A stretch of 64,000 nucleotides of DNA from Candidatus Yanofskybacteria bacterium RIFCSPHIGHO2_01_FULL_41_21 (GCA_001794025.1 MGJA01000012.1:8455-72454), one strand, 5' to 3'; counted from the stretch's first letter, positions 17,257 through 27,335 are shown. The notes: generated by a model not told the origin, from the sequence alone. Translations and numbers: made by a program.

Positions 17257-19587
17257 ATGGCAAATCGTATCCTAAAATTACTCTTAATAACGTTTCTTTT
17301 TATATTTCCCATACAATTAGTTTTTTCCAGTATTCCTCAATCTCTTCCTGCTCCGACTCATTCTATAATGTTCGGATATTATCATGTCGACTCACAATAC
17401 GGCGACTTTAAAGATGAAGTAAAGGACTACACAAACACCCAACTTATTCTTCAAGAAAGTTTTTTGAGAAGCGACCTAAATAATATCCAAGAATTTAATG
17501 ATGCTTTTGATGAGACGATAACCTTGGGACATAAAATTGTCTATGTCTTGGGGACGGACTGGAATCAAGGTCTTAATGCCGTTAAGCCCTATTGGAATAA
17601 CGTTGAGTTTATTTACTTAGCTGATGAGCCGAGTTGGGATAAAGCAACAACAGAGACCAATATTACTAATTTTAAAAATTTAGTAACCCAAGCCGGACTG
17701 GCTCAAAAACAGATAGCTATCAATTATACCCCCCAACAAATCCAAACTGGCACCAGTTATCAAGCCGTTAATCTAGACATCATCGGATTTGAAGCATATG
17801 TAGATCCGGCCAAGCAAGATGACCCCAATATCCTGACAATTTTAGAAGATCAGATAGATGCTTCCAAGCAAAAAATAGGCAATAAAAAAATGTTTATTGT
17901 TATTCAGGCCTATGACCGAAACGGTGTCTGGAAAAACATGACCTCTATTCAGGATATCCAAATTACCCCATACTTAAAATCTTACAATGATAGTAATGTC
18001 ATCGGCCTGTTTATGTTTTCTTATGCCCGATCGGGCGGAACGAGAGACAACCCGACCCTAAAAACAGCCCATCAATTAATCAGCGATACTTTGCTCGGAA
18101 AAGGACCCATTGAATCAACAATTACCGACGTCACTACAGGTTGGGGCGGTAGCTTGGCTTTTAATCCAACAAATAATACATGGATGGTTGTTAGTCACCA
18201 TCATACAATGAAAGATATATTTGCTCGTTTACTCGATAATAATGGTAACCCCTTAACCGTTATGACTACCGTTGACCAAGAACCTACATTTCTTACGGGC
18301 GGTCCAGAAGTGGCTTATTCTCCTGATATAAATAAATTCTTAATTGTCTGGTGGCAAGAAAATATTACAGACACTTCCGCGGACATTTATGGTCGTTTCA
18401 TGTCAGCTGACGGTGCTCTCTTGGGGAATGCCTTTAATCTTACCCCAAATGACTCTCGGGTTCCCTATCTCGCCGAAAGTTCAATAATGCAATACGATTC
18501 CCGCAATAAAAAATTTGTCTTTGCTTTTGAAAACAGGGCCCCAGGAAATGTGTCGGTCTATTTAAAAACGGTCGGCATAGACGGAACTGTCGGACCAACT
18601 TTGATGATAGCTGAAAATCCGCCGGATTTTTTGGGCGCACCATCATTAGCGATAAATGAAACAGGAAATGAATATTGCATAAGTTACCAAAATGCCGGCG
18701 CCAATCAACCCAATAAATTAGCCGCAGAATCAAGTAGTTTGGCTGTAAAAAGGATTGATGCCTCCACCATGCAAGTCGGACCTGAAACATTTGTTTCTAA
18801 CGATATGTACTACAACGGTGGTATCGTTTACAATTCACAAGAGGATAAATATTTTGCCACTTGGACCAACTACGCTTTAAGCACCGGACTTGCAAAAACT
18901 CTCAACTCCTGCGACGGTACAGACACTGATGATACTGAAGATATTGATATTTCTACTTCGGGAGTTATTTCTTATAACCCAAAATCAAATACTTATGCTC
19001 TGATTGCTCAAGATTGTTGTAGTGTACGCAACAACTACATTATTTTTGACACGTCTTTAAATGTCCTGGAACAAGGAACCGTGTTCACTGATTCCAAAAA
19101 ATCTGAAATAACAGGTGACCCCGAAGCTGGCGGTAATTTTGCTCCAGTAATCATGGCTAACACTAACAACGGGACATATGGTGCCACTTCCAGTATGGAT
19201 TATGCTACCACAAGATTTGCCTCCAATGTTGGTTCGACTGTTCTGCTTGGTAGAACATATAGCGGTTCCGGCTTCCCCCCTCCACTTAATCTGGGTGTAC
19301 CTTCAGAAGGTCTACCAACTGATTTAGGACAGCTTATTGAGGCAATATTCAGTTGGTCTCTTTCTTTGATTGGTTTAGTTATCTTTGTCCGTTTCTTCTA
19401 TGCCGGATTCTTATGGTTTACGGCAGCTGGTAATACATCAAATACAAGTAAAGCAAAGGATATAATGAAGAACGCCGTTTATGGCGCTTTGATTCTTTTC
19501 TCGGCTTGGTTGATTCTTAATACTATCAATCCTGACCTGGTGGGAGGGGGCTTTGATCTACCGGGATTGAGTGGTGGGATGCCTTAA
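17257..19587 (+). CDS. large secreted protein: signal peptide, glycoside-hydrolase-like region (IYLADEPSW), beta-rich repeat region, same C-terminal TrbC/VirB2-like two-helix module
   Basis: Signal peptide ILKLLLITFLFIFPIQLVFSS. C-terminal 100 aa nearly identical to the preceding gene. Confidence 0.8.
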   Translation: MANRILKLLLITFLFIFPIQLVFSSIPQSLPAPTHSIMFGYYHVDSQYGDFKDEVKDYTNTQLILQESFLRSDLNNIQEFNDAFDETITLGHKIVYVLGTDWNQGLNAVKPYWNNVEFIYLADEPSWDKATTETNITNFKNLVTQAGLAQKQIAINYTPQQIQTGTSYQAVNLDIIGFEAYVDPAKQDDPNILTILEDQIDASKQKIGNKKMFIVIQAYDRNGVWKNMTSIQDIQITPYLKSYNDSNVIGLFMFSYARSGGTRDNPTLKTAHQLISDTLLGKGPIESTITDVTTGWGGSLAFNPTNNTWMVVSHHHTMKDIFARLLDNNGNPLTVMTTVDQEPTFLTGGPEVAYSPDINKFLIVWWQENITDTSADIYGRFMSADGALLGNAFNLTPNDSRVPYLAESSIMQYDSRNKKFVFAFENRAPGNVSVYLKTVGIDGTVGPTLMIAENPPDFLGAPSLAINETGNEYCISYQNAGANQPNKLAAESSSLAVKRIDASTMQVGPETFVSNDMYYNGGIVYNSQEDKYFATWTNYALSTGLAKTLNSCDGTDTDDTEDIDISTSGVISYNPKSNTYALIAQDCCSVRNNYIIFDTSLNVLEQGTVFTDSKKSEITGDPEAGGNFAPVIMANTNNGTYGATSSMDYATTRFASNVGSTVLLGRTYSGSGFPPPLNLGVPSEGLPTDLGQLIEAIFSWSLSLIGLVIFVRFFYAGFLWFTAAGNTSNTSKAKDIMKNAVYGALILFSAWLILNTINPDLVGGGFDLPGLSGGMP
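19264..19571 (+). repeat. duplicated C-terminal module (copy 2)
   Basis: See 16803..17110. Confidence 0.8.
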
Positions 19588-20531
19588 TTTTGAAGTTTTT
19601 TCTTAAAGTCCTCTATCTCAACAACAGCAAGCGGGTCGGTGTTATTTGTTGTCGCCAATTCCAGAGCGGTCCAGTGAGCTATAATTACTGAAGAAATAAT
19701 TTTTTCAATCAAAGAAACACCAACAAGAGGTATCTTGACTACCAACATACCATGCGATTGGAATAATTTAGCGGTTAAATCCATCCGCTGACTGATACGA
19801 TTATCAATATCGTCTTGAAGAAATATAGAATGGAATCCGGCCGCCCAATCTCCTTGAAAGCCGGTAATTTCATTATGGTCTGCTTCGGGAAAACAATTGT
19901 TAAAAGCCGGCATCTTGGCGGTCTCATTTAAAATAATCTTCCAAATATACCCAAGTTCTTTTAAACTTTCTGATGTATAAATAAGGGGAATAGCCAAACC
20001 AATCTGGCGAGCAACTTGAGTACCTCCAGATTTTAACGCTTCAGCGTCAATATGTTGACATGGTGTCAATTCGGTAATATCAAAATCAATGAGAGTGGCT
20101 AATGCTATTAAATCATGAAAAACCATCATTCGTGGAGGCAAATCGCTGTGGGGTAACACGATATGAGGAACCTGGTTTTGATTGGCAATATTAATCAATT
20201 CTCCGCCAGTGGAAACAACTACTAGATTCAACCCATTTTCAATTGCTATTTTCGCCCCCGAGATTGGCTCGGTTGTATTTCCGGAATGAGAGTTTGTAAT
20301 AATAAGTGCCGAGGTAAGTACTTCTTCGTCAAATAATGGTAAATCATAATCGGAATGGATATGAATATCTAATTCCGGTTTCACCATATTTAAAATTCCG
20401 GTTGCTAACCGGGAACCGCCCATACCTAAAACGATAATTTTTTTGAACGGCCGAATCTTTTCTTTTCCGATAATTTCCGGTTTATATTCAAATTGTTTTG
20501 GAACCCCTAAAATTCCTTCTTCGTAGGTCAT
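19584..20531 (-). CDS. bifunctional phosphoglucose/phosphomannose isomerase (SIS domain, archaeal-type PGI/PMI)
   Basis: GMGGSRLATGILNMV and overall SIS-domain architecture. The ORF-track start 20561 runs through the Family D cassette; the true start is the cassette-supplied ATG at 20531 (MTYEEGILG). Confidence 0.75.
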   Translation of the reverse strand: MTYEEGILGVPKQFEYKPEIIGKEKIRPFKKIIVLGMGGSRLATGILNMVKPELDIHIHSDYDLPLFDEEVLTSALIITNSHSGNTTEPISGAKIAIENGLNLVVVSTGGELINIANQNQVPHIVLPHSDLPPRMMVFHDLIALATLIDFDITELTPCQHIDAEALKSGGTQVARQIGLAIPLIYTSESLKELGYIWKIILNETAKMPAFNNCFPEADHNEITGFQGDWAAGFHSIFLQDDIDNRISQRMDLTAKLFQSHGMLVVKIPLVGVSLIEKIISSVIIAHWTALELATTNNTDPLAVVEIEDFKKKLQN

Positions 20532-20638
20532 CCCGTTAGAAATTTTACGACCACCCACCATTTTGCGATGGTGGCTATGGTTAGTAATTTTAGTTAATAA
20601 TTTAATAAGATATTCCCGTAGGGTTAATTTCTAACGGG
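20529..20638 (-). mobile_element. Family D 112-nt promoter/leader/start-codon cassette, copy D1 (15-bp exact TIRs ATCCCGTTAGAAATT / AATTTCTAACGGGAT)
   Basis: Shared with 22202..22314 and 27780..27891. Read on the minus strand it has an entry hairpin, an AT-rich promoter-like stretch (the -10-like hexamer is poorly conserved in this copy), a conserved CCACCA-N8-UGGUGG leader hairpin and UUUCUAACGGG-ATG. It begins at the stop codon of the upstream gene and ends with the start codon of the downstream gene. Confidence 0.6.
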
Positions 20639-20639
20639 A

Positions 20640-21023
20640 TTATTGATTCAGTTTTGATTTGATTTCTTTGATATCGTTTCTAACTTCGTGAACTAAATCA
20701 TAGAGATGTTTAATATATTCATCTTCCTCACGTAAATCAATTTCTGTTTTTTCATCAATTCGTTTGTCGGCCTTGAGACCGGAGATAATTATATTTTCAC
20801 CAATAAAAAATGAGACGAATGTACCCGTCAAAAGCATAATAATAACACTTCCGACCAACCACCAACCAGGATGGATATGAGGGGCTAAATCCGCTAACTC
20901 CCAAACCGCTCGCCAGAATAAAACTATTGATACGCCACCAATTAATGCATAAGGCACTGGATGACGACTTAAGGCGTGCCGGGTTTTATCTTCTAAACGA
21001 TCAAAAAAAGAGAATAACTTCAT
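20640..21023 (-). CDS. hypothetical membrane protein
   Basis: 127 aa with two TM helices and a charged C-terminal helix. No family recognised. Confidence 0.5.
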   Translation of the reverse strand: MKLFSFFDRLEDKTRHALSRHPVPYALIGGVSIVLFWRAVWELADLAPHIHPGWWLVGSVIIMLLTGTFVSFFIGENIIISGLKADKRIDEKTEIDLREEDEYIKHLYDLVHEVRNDIKEIKSKLNQ

Positions 21024-21092
21024 GTTTTCATTGTATAGAATTTAATCGTTTTTGCCAACCTATTTAGTAACAAGAGGATATTAAATATGGAT

Positions 21093-21722
21093 TTAATCTA
21101 ATTCAAAAAATTGTATAAGGTCAAGCCAAGTTGAGAGATCGGATTGTTTTTGAACATAGCCAAGAATATTGATAGTGGAACCAATATGAATGCCCAAATG
21201 AAGATGTTTACGCTCGCCATCAGTTTCAGTGGAATAACCCTTACCGAGAATACCGAGTAAATCCCCTTTTTTTAATGATTGACCAACAACAGGATTAATA
21301 CTTTGTAATTTCAGATGACCATAAATAACCGTAACGGATTCTCCATTTAAATTACACGACTGCACGGCCACACCACCATAACCAGTGGCGTATTTTTTCA
21401 GTAACAATTTACCATCACAGAATACTGGTACAGGAATATCAATACCCGCCTCAGCGGCCGTCGTTTCAAAATCCACACCCGTATGATAACCTGCGAATTT
21501 CTCGGGTTGAACCGGAGAATTTCCCGACGTTATATAAATTCCGAAAGGTTTTTTAGTAACTCTTGTTTTGTCAAAAATGGTGTTTGTTGAGTCAGTTGTT
21601 TTACCGGGGACTAAATTTGTCGGAACAACATCTTCCGGCGCTAAAGCAATTTGATTTTTATATATAAAAATCAAAACCGCCCCAATGATAAAAACTGTGG
21701 CAACAAGAATTGTTTTCTTCAT
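21093..21722 (-). CDS. M23-family peptidoglycan metalloendopeptidase
   Basis: N-terminal TM. HTGVDF and HLHLGIHIG motifs (HxxxD ... HxH) typical of LytM/M23. Confidence 0.75.
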   Translation of the reverse strand: MKKTILVATVFIIGAVLIFIYKNQIALAPEDVVPTNLVPGKTTDSTNTIFDKTRVTKKPFGIYITSGNSPVQPEKFAGYHTGVDFETTAAEAGIDIPVPVFCDGKLLLKKYATGYGGVAVQSCNLNGESVTVIYGHLKLQSINPVVGQSLKKGDLLGILGKGYSTETDGERKHLHLGIHIGSTINILGYVQKQSDLSTWLDLIQFFELD

Positions 21723-21739
21723 ACTCTGTAAATTCTAAA

Positions 21740-22204
21740 CTACTTTACAGTAAGATTACCCTTCATACCCTGCTGGCGATGAGTGCCAATTGAACAATAA
21801 TATTCAAATGTCCCCACTTTATTGGCAACAAATTGGATGGTTTCTTGCTGACCACTTTGAAGAATTTTTGTGGCGGAATTAAACTCGTCAATTTTCCAAT
21901 CATGGGTACCCGATTCGTTTTTGAATATAATTACAACCGTATCTCCTTTGTTTACGGTTATTTGAGAAGGAGTGAAAGAAAATGGCTTACCGACAACAGT
22001 GAATGTCTTTATACTTGAGACCACGGTGGCAGTTGGAGAAGCTGAAGGAGAAACCGAAACGGTTGGAGAAACAGAGGGACTAACGGAAACTTCCGGAGAC
22101 GGACTACCGGTCGGATTGGCAACTTCTTTCGTTCCAATCTGGAACATATATGCTACCACTCCCAATAATATAACTATTACCACGAAAATGATTAATTTTT
22201 TCAT
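21740..22204 (-). CDS. cupredoxin (type-1 blue copper) domain protein with Ser/Pro-rich linker
   Basis: GTHDWKIDEF ... YYCSIGTHRQQGMKG supplies His, Cys, His and Met ligands in plastocyanin-like spacing. N-terminal TM anchor. The ORF-track N-terminus (MVCKISNG) is encoded by the Family D cassette; true start MKKLIIF at 22204. Confidence 0.7.
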   Translation of the reverse strand: MKKLIIFVVIVILLGVVAYMFQIGTKEVANPTGSPSPEVSVSPSVSPTVSVSPSASPTATVVSSIKTFTVVGKPFSFTPSQITVNKGDTVVIIFKNESGTHDWKIDEFNSATKILQSGQQETIQFVANKVGTFEYYCSIGTHRQQGMKGNLTVK

Positions 22205-22314
22205 CCCGTTAGAAATTTTACAAACCATCCACCATTTTGTAGTGGTGGAACTGGCAAGTAATCTTAATTAGTGATTTATTATAATATTCCCGTAGGGTTA
22301 ATTTCTAACGGGAT
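22202..22314 (-). mobile_element. Family D cassette, copy D2 (contains TATAAT -10-like hexamer)
   Basis: See 20529..20638. Supplies the ATG of the cupredoxin gene. Confidence 0.6.
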
Positions 22315-22362
22315 TTATAGTTTTATTGTATAATGGCTTAAGATTAATTTCAATAGAAGACA

Positions 22363-22968
22363 ATGAACAAGACAATTATTAAGCACTGTATCACTATTTT
22401 TGCCTGCCTGGCAATTATTTATCCAATTTCAGTAAACGTCGGGAATATGTCGTGGACTCTAAATTCTTCTTTAATATTCAACCTTTTCCCGATATTTGGA
22501 CTGTTTGCTTTTACACTTTTATGGCTCCACACCATCAGTGGAGCATTTGAGTCATGGCTTAGAAAATACATTGACTTTGATCAATTTGTACAGAATACGT
22601 CTATTTTGATTCTTGTTTCTATTATTCTTCATCCGCTTTTACTACTGATTCCTGTTGGTTTTAATTTTAATCAAGTATTCACTTACGGAGAAAAATATAT
22701 CTGGTTGGCGATTATCGGATGGTTTTTACTGATTACTTATGACATCGCTAAATTCTTGAAGGATAAATATGACTTTTTTGCAAAAAATTGGACTAATATT
22801 TTAATAATAAGCAACATCGGATTTTTGATAACTTTTTTTCATTCCCTTGGCGTCGGCGACGATTTACAATCAGGACCATTGAGAACTGTTTGGATTTTTT
22901 ATGGCATAACCGCCATTGTAGCCATAGTGTACACTTACGGAATCAAAAAATATCGAGCAGATAAATAG
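22363..22968 (+). CDS. polytopic membrane protein (hypothetical)
   Basis: 201 aa with 5-6 hydrophobic helices. Confidence 0.55.
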   Translation: MNKTIIKHCITIFACLAIIYPISVNVGNMSWTLNSSLIFNLFPIFGLFAFTLLWLHTISGAFESWLRKYIDFDQFVQNTSILILVSIILHPLLLLIPVGFNFNQVFTYGEKYIWLAIIGWFLLITYDIAKFLKDKYDFFAKNWTNILIISNIGFLITFFHSLGVGDDLQSGPLRTVWIFYGITAIVAIVYTYGIKKYRADK

Positions 22969-22970
22969 AA

Positions 22971-23600
22971 CTATTTTTTATTCTTATTTTCTTTATCTGT
23001 TAAAGATAAACTGGCCCACATATAACGAGCGCCATGAGTCCGGTATGGTCTCCACGTCTCTACAATCTTTTGAACCTGCTTAATAGTTGGTTCTTTTTTG
23101 AAACTATAGACCTTCTTAACACCATTCCGGAGTCCCAAATCACCATAAGAAAATACATCTTCCCGTCCAAGCGAGAAAATCATAAACATTTCTACTGACC
23201 AGATGCCAATACCTTTAATCTCCGTCAAAAGTTTTATGACTTCTTCATCGGTCAGTTTATGAACTCGTTTTATTTCTTTCTCCCGTTCCATAAAAAATCG
23301 GGCTACATTTTTAGTGTAAGCCACTTTAGAATTAGAAAACCCTGCCGAACGCAACTTCATATCGGACATTTTTAAATATTCTTGCGGGGTTGGGAATTTA
23401 TTAGATTTAAATAAGGCGACCACCCGATTCAAAATTGTCTGGGCCGCCTTACCTGATAATTGTTGGTTGGCGACGGCCCGAATAAGGGCTTCAAAATAGT
23501 TCTTCCGTAATTTGAGCGGTTGAAGTTTAACCCGCTTCATAAGAGCTCGGAGAATAGGGTCAGATTTTGCCAGATGTACTTCATTTTTATTGCTCGACAT
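22971..23600 (-). CDS. HhH-GPD DNA glycosylase (3-methyladenine DNA glycosylase II / AlkA-like)
   Basis: HhH motif LTEIKGIGIWSVEMF followed by a GDLGL region; the expected catalytic Asp is not evident. Overall length and pattern fit AlkA/HhH-GPD. Confidence 0.7.
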   Translation of the reverse strand: MSSNKNEVHLAKSDPILRALMKRVKLQPLKLRKNYFEALIRAVANQQLSGKAAQTILNRVVALFKSNKFPTPQEYLKMSDMKLRSAGFSNSKVAYTKNVARFFMEREKEIKRVHKLTDEEVIKLLTEIKGIGIWSVEMFMIFSLGREDVFSYGDLGLRNGVKKVYSFKKEPTIKQVQKIVETWRPYRTHGARYMWASLSLTDKENKNKK

Positions 23601-23610
23601 GGCAAGATAA

Positions 23611-24609
23611 TTATAACGATGCCTGATACTGGTTGGAGATATGAATCGGAATTTTTTCCAAACGATTAATCTTGGAATCTTTCAACCATACTTTAACCGC
23701 CAATCCGGTCATTGTCTCAACTGAAAAATTTTGATCAAATACAAAATTACCCAAACTATAAACAATATACTTGCCCTTATATTGCTCAACATCTTCCACC
23801 ACATGAGGATGGTGCCCAATAATTAAATCCGCTCCGGCATCAATCGCTTTGTGAGCTATTTCTTCTTGTAAAGCATTATGTACGGGAATATATTCTTCGC
23901 CCCAATGGAAAGAAACAACTACCAGTTTAGAACGACTTTTCATCAGCTGTATATCATCAACCATTTTGACCTCATCCAGTACCGCTACTCCGGCACTGTC
24001 TCCCGTAGCCGATACGGACTTGGGCAGAAGATTGGTGTACCCAAGAAAACCAACGTCTGTCTTTCCAACTTTCTTTATTACTCCCGTATGCGCTTCATAT
24101 TCATTGTGACCACCACCGACATAAGAAATCCCCGCTTCGGCAAGATGATATAAAGTATCGCTAAAGGCATCTCGGCCATAATCCCAGGCATGATTGTTGG
24201 CTACCGATAAAATATCAAAACCGGCAAAAATTAAACCACTAACTACTTTTGGGTCACTTCGAAAAGAATAAATACTGCCAACTTTAACACCCCGATTTGA
24301 TACGGGTGTTTCCAGATTGGCAAAAGTCAAATCGGCTCCATTCAAAAAATCTGCAATTTGTCTGAATGGCCATAAATAATCATTTTTAGTGGTCATGAGT
24401 GCTCCCACTGAACGCGAAAGCATAATATCACCGACAAATAACATGTTTGTTTCTGAAGGCGCCGGTGTCGGCTCGGATGATTGAGTATTTATAAAATCAA
24501 CGGAAAAAACTTTATTTAAAAATATATTTCTTTTGATACCAAAACCGACAACGACAATAACGACGACGGTTGTGAAAATGATTAAATAATTTTTGAATAT
24601 TTTAGACAT
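23611..24609 (-). CDS. CapA/PGA_cap-family metallophosphatase (poly-gamma-glutamate biosynthesis-like)
   Basis: N-terminal TM. LFVGDIML, ANNH and GHHPH motifs of the calcineurin-like CapA family. Confidence 0.75.
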   Translation of the reverse strand: MSKIFKNYLIIFTTVVVIVVVGFGIKRNIFLNKVFSVDFINTQSSEPTPAPSETNMLFVGDIMLSRSVGALMTTKNDYLWPFRQIADFLNGADLTFANLETPVSNRGVKVGSIYSFRSDPKVVSGLIFAGFDILSVANNHAWDYGRDAFSDTLYHLAEAGISYVGGGHNEYEAHTGVIKKVGKTDVGFLGYTNLLPKSVSATGDSAGVAVLDEVKMVDDIQLMKSRSKLVVVSFHWGEEYIPVHNALQEEIAHKAIDAGADLIIGHHPHVVEDVEQYKGKYIVYSLGNFVFDQNFSVETMTGLAVKVWLKDSKINRLEKIPIHISNQYQASL

Positions 24610-24836
24610 AATTGTAATTTTTGCTTTTTTGATAGTCGCTTAATTGCCACTTCACGTTTTAACGCCGTTGACCGATTTTTACATTTTTCAGTGTACACTA
24701 TTTTAATCACCTTATGCGACCTGGTATAATTTCCACCCTTCCCAAATTGATGTTCCTTAAACCTCCGCTTCATATCGGTCGTAATTCCGCAGTATAAACT
24801 GCCATCAACGCATTTTAATATATAAACAAGATACAT
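24582..24836 (-). CDS. GIY-YIG nuclease family protein
   Basis: YLVYILKCVDGSLYCGITTDMKRRFKEH: GIY...YIG with conserved Arg and Glu. Confidence 0.75.
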   Translation of the reverse strand: MYLVYILKCVDGSLYCGITTDMKRRFKEHQFGKGGNYTRSHKVIKIVYTEKCKNRSTALKREVAIKRLSKKQKLQLCLKYSKII

Positions 24837-24930
24837 TTTAAGATCTTAGCACATTCTATCACACCCTTGTATTCTATTAACCTTTTGTTACCATAAGCGC
24901 GTCAGAATGCACGCTACATAATCTTAAAAC

Positions 24931-24962
24931 AAAAACCACCTTTTGGTGGTTTTTGTTTACCT
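24931..24962. terminator. bidirectional rho-independent terminator
   Basis: AAAAACCACC-TTTT-GGTGGTTTTT hairpin downstream of the helicase gene. Confidence 0.6.
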
Positions 24963-24988
24963 GTCTAAAAAACGGAATAATTGTTTAT

Positions 24989-26203
24989 TTATTCTATAAA
25001 TGTCAGGGCCTTACCGGTCTTGTTAGCCCGACCGGTTCGGCCAATACGGTGAACATAATCATCATAAGTTGCCGGCAGGTCATAGTTAATGACATGACTG
25101 ACATCAGGAATATCAAGACCACGAGCAGCGACATCCGTTGCAATAAGAATTTGGATGTGATTTTCTTTAAACGATTTTAATGCCTTCTGACGTCGAGCAT
25201 GGTTTTTGTCACCATGAATTGACTCAGCTTTGAATCCGCTGGTAACCAAAGTGTTATATAATCGTTCAACACCATGTTTGGTTCGTCCGAATATTAAAAC
25301 CTTATTAAAACCCGGTTGAGCCAAAAGCTCTTCCAAAACTTGTAACTTGCCCTTGCCATTATTAACCCGGACAATATCTTGATCAACATTTTTAGCTGTG
25401 TCTTGGGTTTTTACCGAAATCCGAACCGGTGTTCGGAGAAATTCATTAATCAATCCTTCAATTTCACGAGTGATGGTAGCGGAAAAGAATAAAGTATGTC
25501 GTTCCTTCGGCATCGCTGCCATCATTGTGCGCATATCTTTAATAAAGCCCATATCCAACATTCTATCAGCTTCATCTAAGACAACGGTCTTGAATCTGGC
25601 TAAATTAATAAACCGACGTTCCATTAAGTCCTTAATGCGACCAGGGGTGCCGATAATAAAATTGTGCTGACGACGAAGATTAGAAATCTGATAACCGATA
25701 CTCGCCCCACCCACACAACAAACGGAAAACATTCGCATTCCCAGAGCAAATCCACGAAGTTCATCATCAATCTGAATTGCCAGTTCCCGAGTTGGAACAA
25801 CAATCAAAACATTCTCTTGTGGATTCAAAAGAACTTTATTTATCAGCGGAATAAGAAACGCGGCTGTTTTTCCGGTACCGGTATTAGCAATACCCACCAG
25901 ATCAGAACCGCGCAAAATATGCGGAATGGTTTTATCTTGGATTGGTGTTGGCTCAACGTAGCCCTTACGGGTAATGTTTGTTTTCAATCGGGTATCCACA
26001 TTAAAATCCGCGAATTTGTGTTCGGGTACAAAAACTTCAACCTGCTCGGTGATGACAGCTTTTTTGACAAAACGCGTCGGATCAATACGTTGGCCTTGAA
26101 ATCCACCACGACTTGAACGAACAGGACGACTACCTGGTTTACGACTTCCAAAACTACTTGGGCGACGACCAAAAGCCGACGCTCGGTTAAAACTTCTCTG
26201 CAT
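24989..26203 (-). CDS. DEAD-box ATP-dependent RNA helicase
   Basis: Q-motif, Walker A-like NTGTGKTAAF, DEAD, SAT, HRIGRTGR. RG-rich N-terminus. Confidence 0.9.
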   Translation of the reverse strand: MQRSFNRASAFGRRPSSFGSRKPGSRPVRSSRGGFQGQRIDPTRFVKKAVITEQVEVFVPEHKFADFNVDTRLKTNITRKGYVEPTPIQDKTIPHILRGSDLVGIANTGTGKTAAFLIPLINKVLLNPQENVLIVVPTRELAIQIDDELRGFALGMRMFSVCCVGGASIGYQISNLRRQHNFIIGTPGRIKDLMERRFINLARFKTVVLDEADRMLDMGFIKDMRTMMAAMPKERHTLFFSATITREIEGLINEFLRTPVRISVKTQDTAKNVDQDIVRVNNGKGKLQVLEELLAQPGFNKVLIFGRTKHGVERLYNTLVTSGFKAESIHGDKNHARRQKALKSFKENHIQILIATDVAARGLDIPDVSHVINYDLPATYDDYVHRIGRTGRANKTGKALTFIE

Positions 26204-26338
26204 CCTTTAATTACTCTTTGAGACCTGATGAGATAGATAAGAAAAACGATAACTCCAGATACCAAATGAGATATATTGATTGTCCTTTAATTATATCAAA
26301 AAAATATTATAAAGTCAACCGTGGTTGTTGAAAAGGTC

Positions 26339-26908
26339 TTAAACCCCTAAAAGCTTATAAATAACGAACAAAATGACGTCTTTTCCTACAAACACATAGA
26401 GGGCACAAGATATACTCTCGCCTATAAAAACGCCCAGAAGAAATTTCCGAATGTTAACCCTTAATGATCCGCACATATAACACATCAGGTCTGTCGGGGT
26501 AAAAGGGAAGAAACTCCAACTGATAACAATGGGTAATTCATTTTTTTTAAGCACTAATCTTAGCTGGGCAATTTGACGAGAGTATCGACGTTCAAAATAA
26601 TTGGCCAAGCCCAAATATTCAGCAAAATAATAAATACAAGCCGAAGAAACCATTACACCAACCATTATTAAAATATAGGCCGGAAGAGCAGGTAAAAATA
26701 TCAGACCGAGAAAAATTATATATGTAACGGGAATTAGAGTAAAACCGCGCAGACATCCCAAAATCAGAAAAACAGCATAACGCCACGATAGAGGCCTACT
26801 CATTAACCAAGATACACCTAATCGGACTAAATCATTCTGAAAAAAATAAAAATAAAAAGCGGTCAGGATAACTAAGACCCACAACAAAAATACAATGCGC
26901 TTATTCAC
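26339..26908 (-). CDS. TVP38/TMEM64 (DedA-related) family membrane protein
   Basis: Polytopic. Pattern RGFTLIPVTYIIFLGLIF ... SFFPFTPTDLMCYMCG resembles VTT-domain proteins. Confidence 0.55.
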   Translation of the reverse strand: MNKRIVFLLWVLVILTAFYFYFFQNDLVRLGVSWLMSRPLSWRYAVFLILGCLRGFTLIPVTYIIFLGLIFLPALPAYILIMVGVMVSSACIYYFAEYLGLANYFERRYSRQIAQLRLVLKKNELPIVISWSFFPFTPTDLMCYMCGSLRVNIRKFLLGVFIGESISCALYVFVGKDVILFVIYKLLGV

Positions 26909-26923
26909 TTTTACGGAGATGCT

Positions 26924-27322
26924 TTATTCGCTCGTCACACCGTCAAAATGTTCATCTTCATCGGCAATAGCATCAGCTTTAGTTGTGTGCACCACACCGT
27001 CCCGATGATTAGGCGGGGAATAAACTGTATAAAGTTTAAGAGGAGTATCCGAAGACGTATTGATAATATTATGTTTGGCTCCAGCCGGAACTACGACTGC
27101 AAATCCATCTTTAACATCATGTTCCACTCCGTCTAAAATTGCTTTGCCTTGGCCGGCCTCAACCCGTATAAACTGATCCAGCTGATGAATTTCTTCACCA
27201 ATATCTTCATTGGGATTTAAACTCATAACTACAAGCTGACTGTTTTTGGCAGTGTATAAAACCCTACGAAAATTTTCGTTTTTAATTGATTCCTCCTCTA
27301 TGTTTATAATATATCCTTTCAT
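26924..27322 (-). CDS. cupin domain protein
   Basis: HQLDQFIRVEAGQG ... VVVPAGAKHNIIN: two cupin motifs, G(X)5HXH-like and PxGxxHxxxN. Confidence 0.7.
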   Translation of the reverse strand: MKGYIINIEEESIKNENFRRVLYTAKNSQLVVMSLNPNEDIGEEIHQLDQFIRVEAGQGKAILDGVEHDVKDGFAVVVPAGAKHNIINTSSDTPLKLYTVYSPPNHRDGVVHTTKADAIADEDEHFDGVTSE

Positions 27323-27335
27323 TTATTTATTTTTA

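Noticed and set aside
20561-22228. ORF-track start codons at 20561, 22228, 14865, 44904, 61209 and 63454
   Set aside because: Each extended N-terminus is encoded by a repeat element (Family D, Family C or the 20-bp-TIR element), or by overlap with the upstream gene, or precedes an obvious signal peptide. Internal starts are preferred, as given in the feature table.
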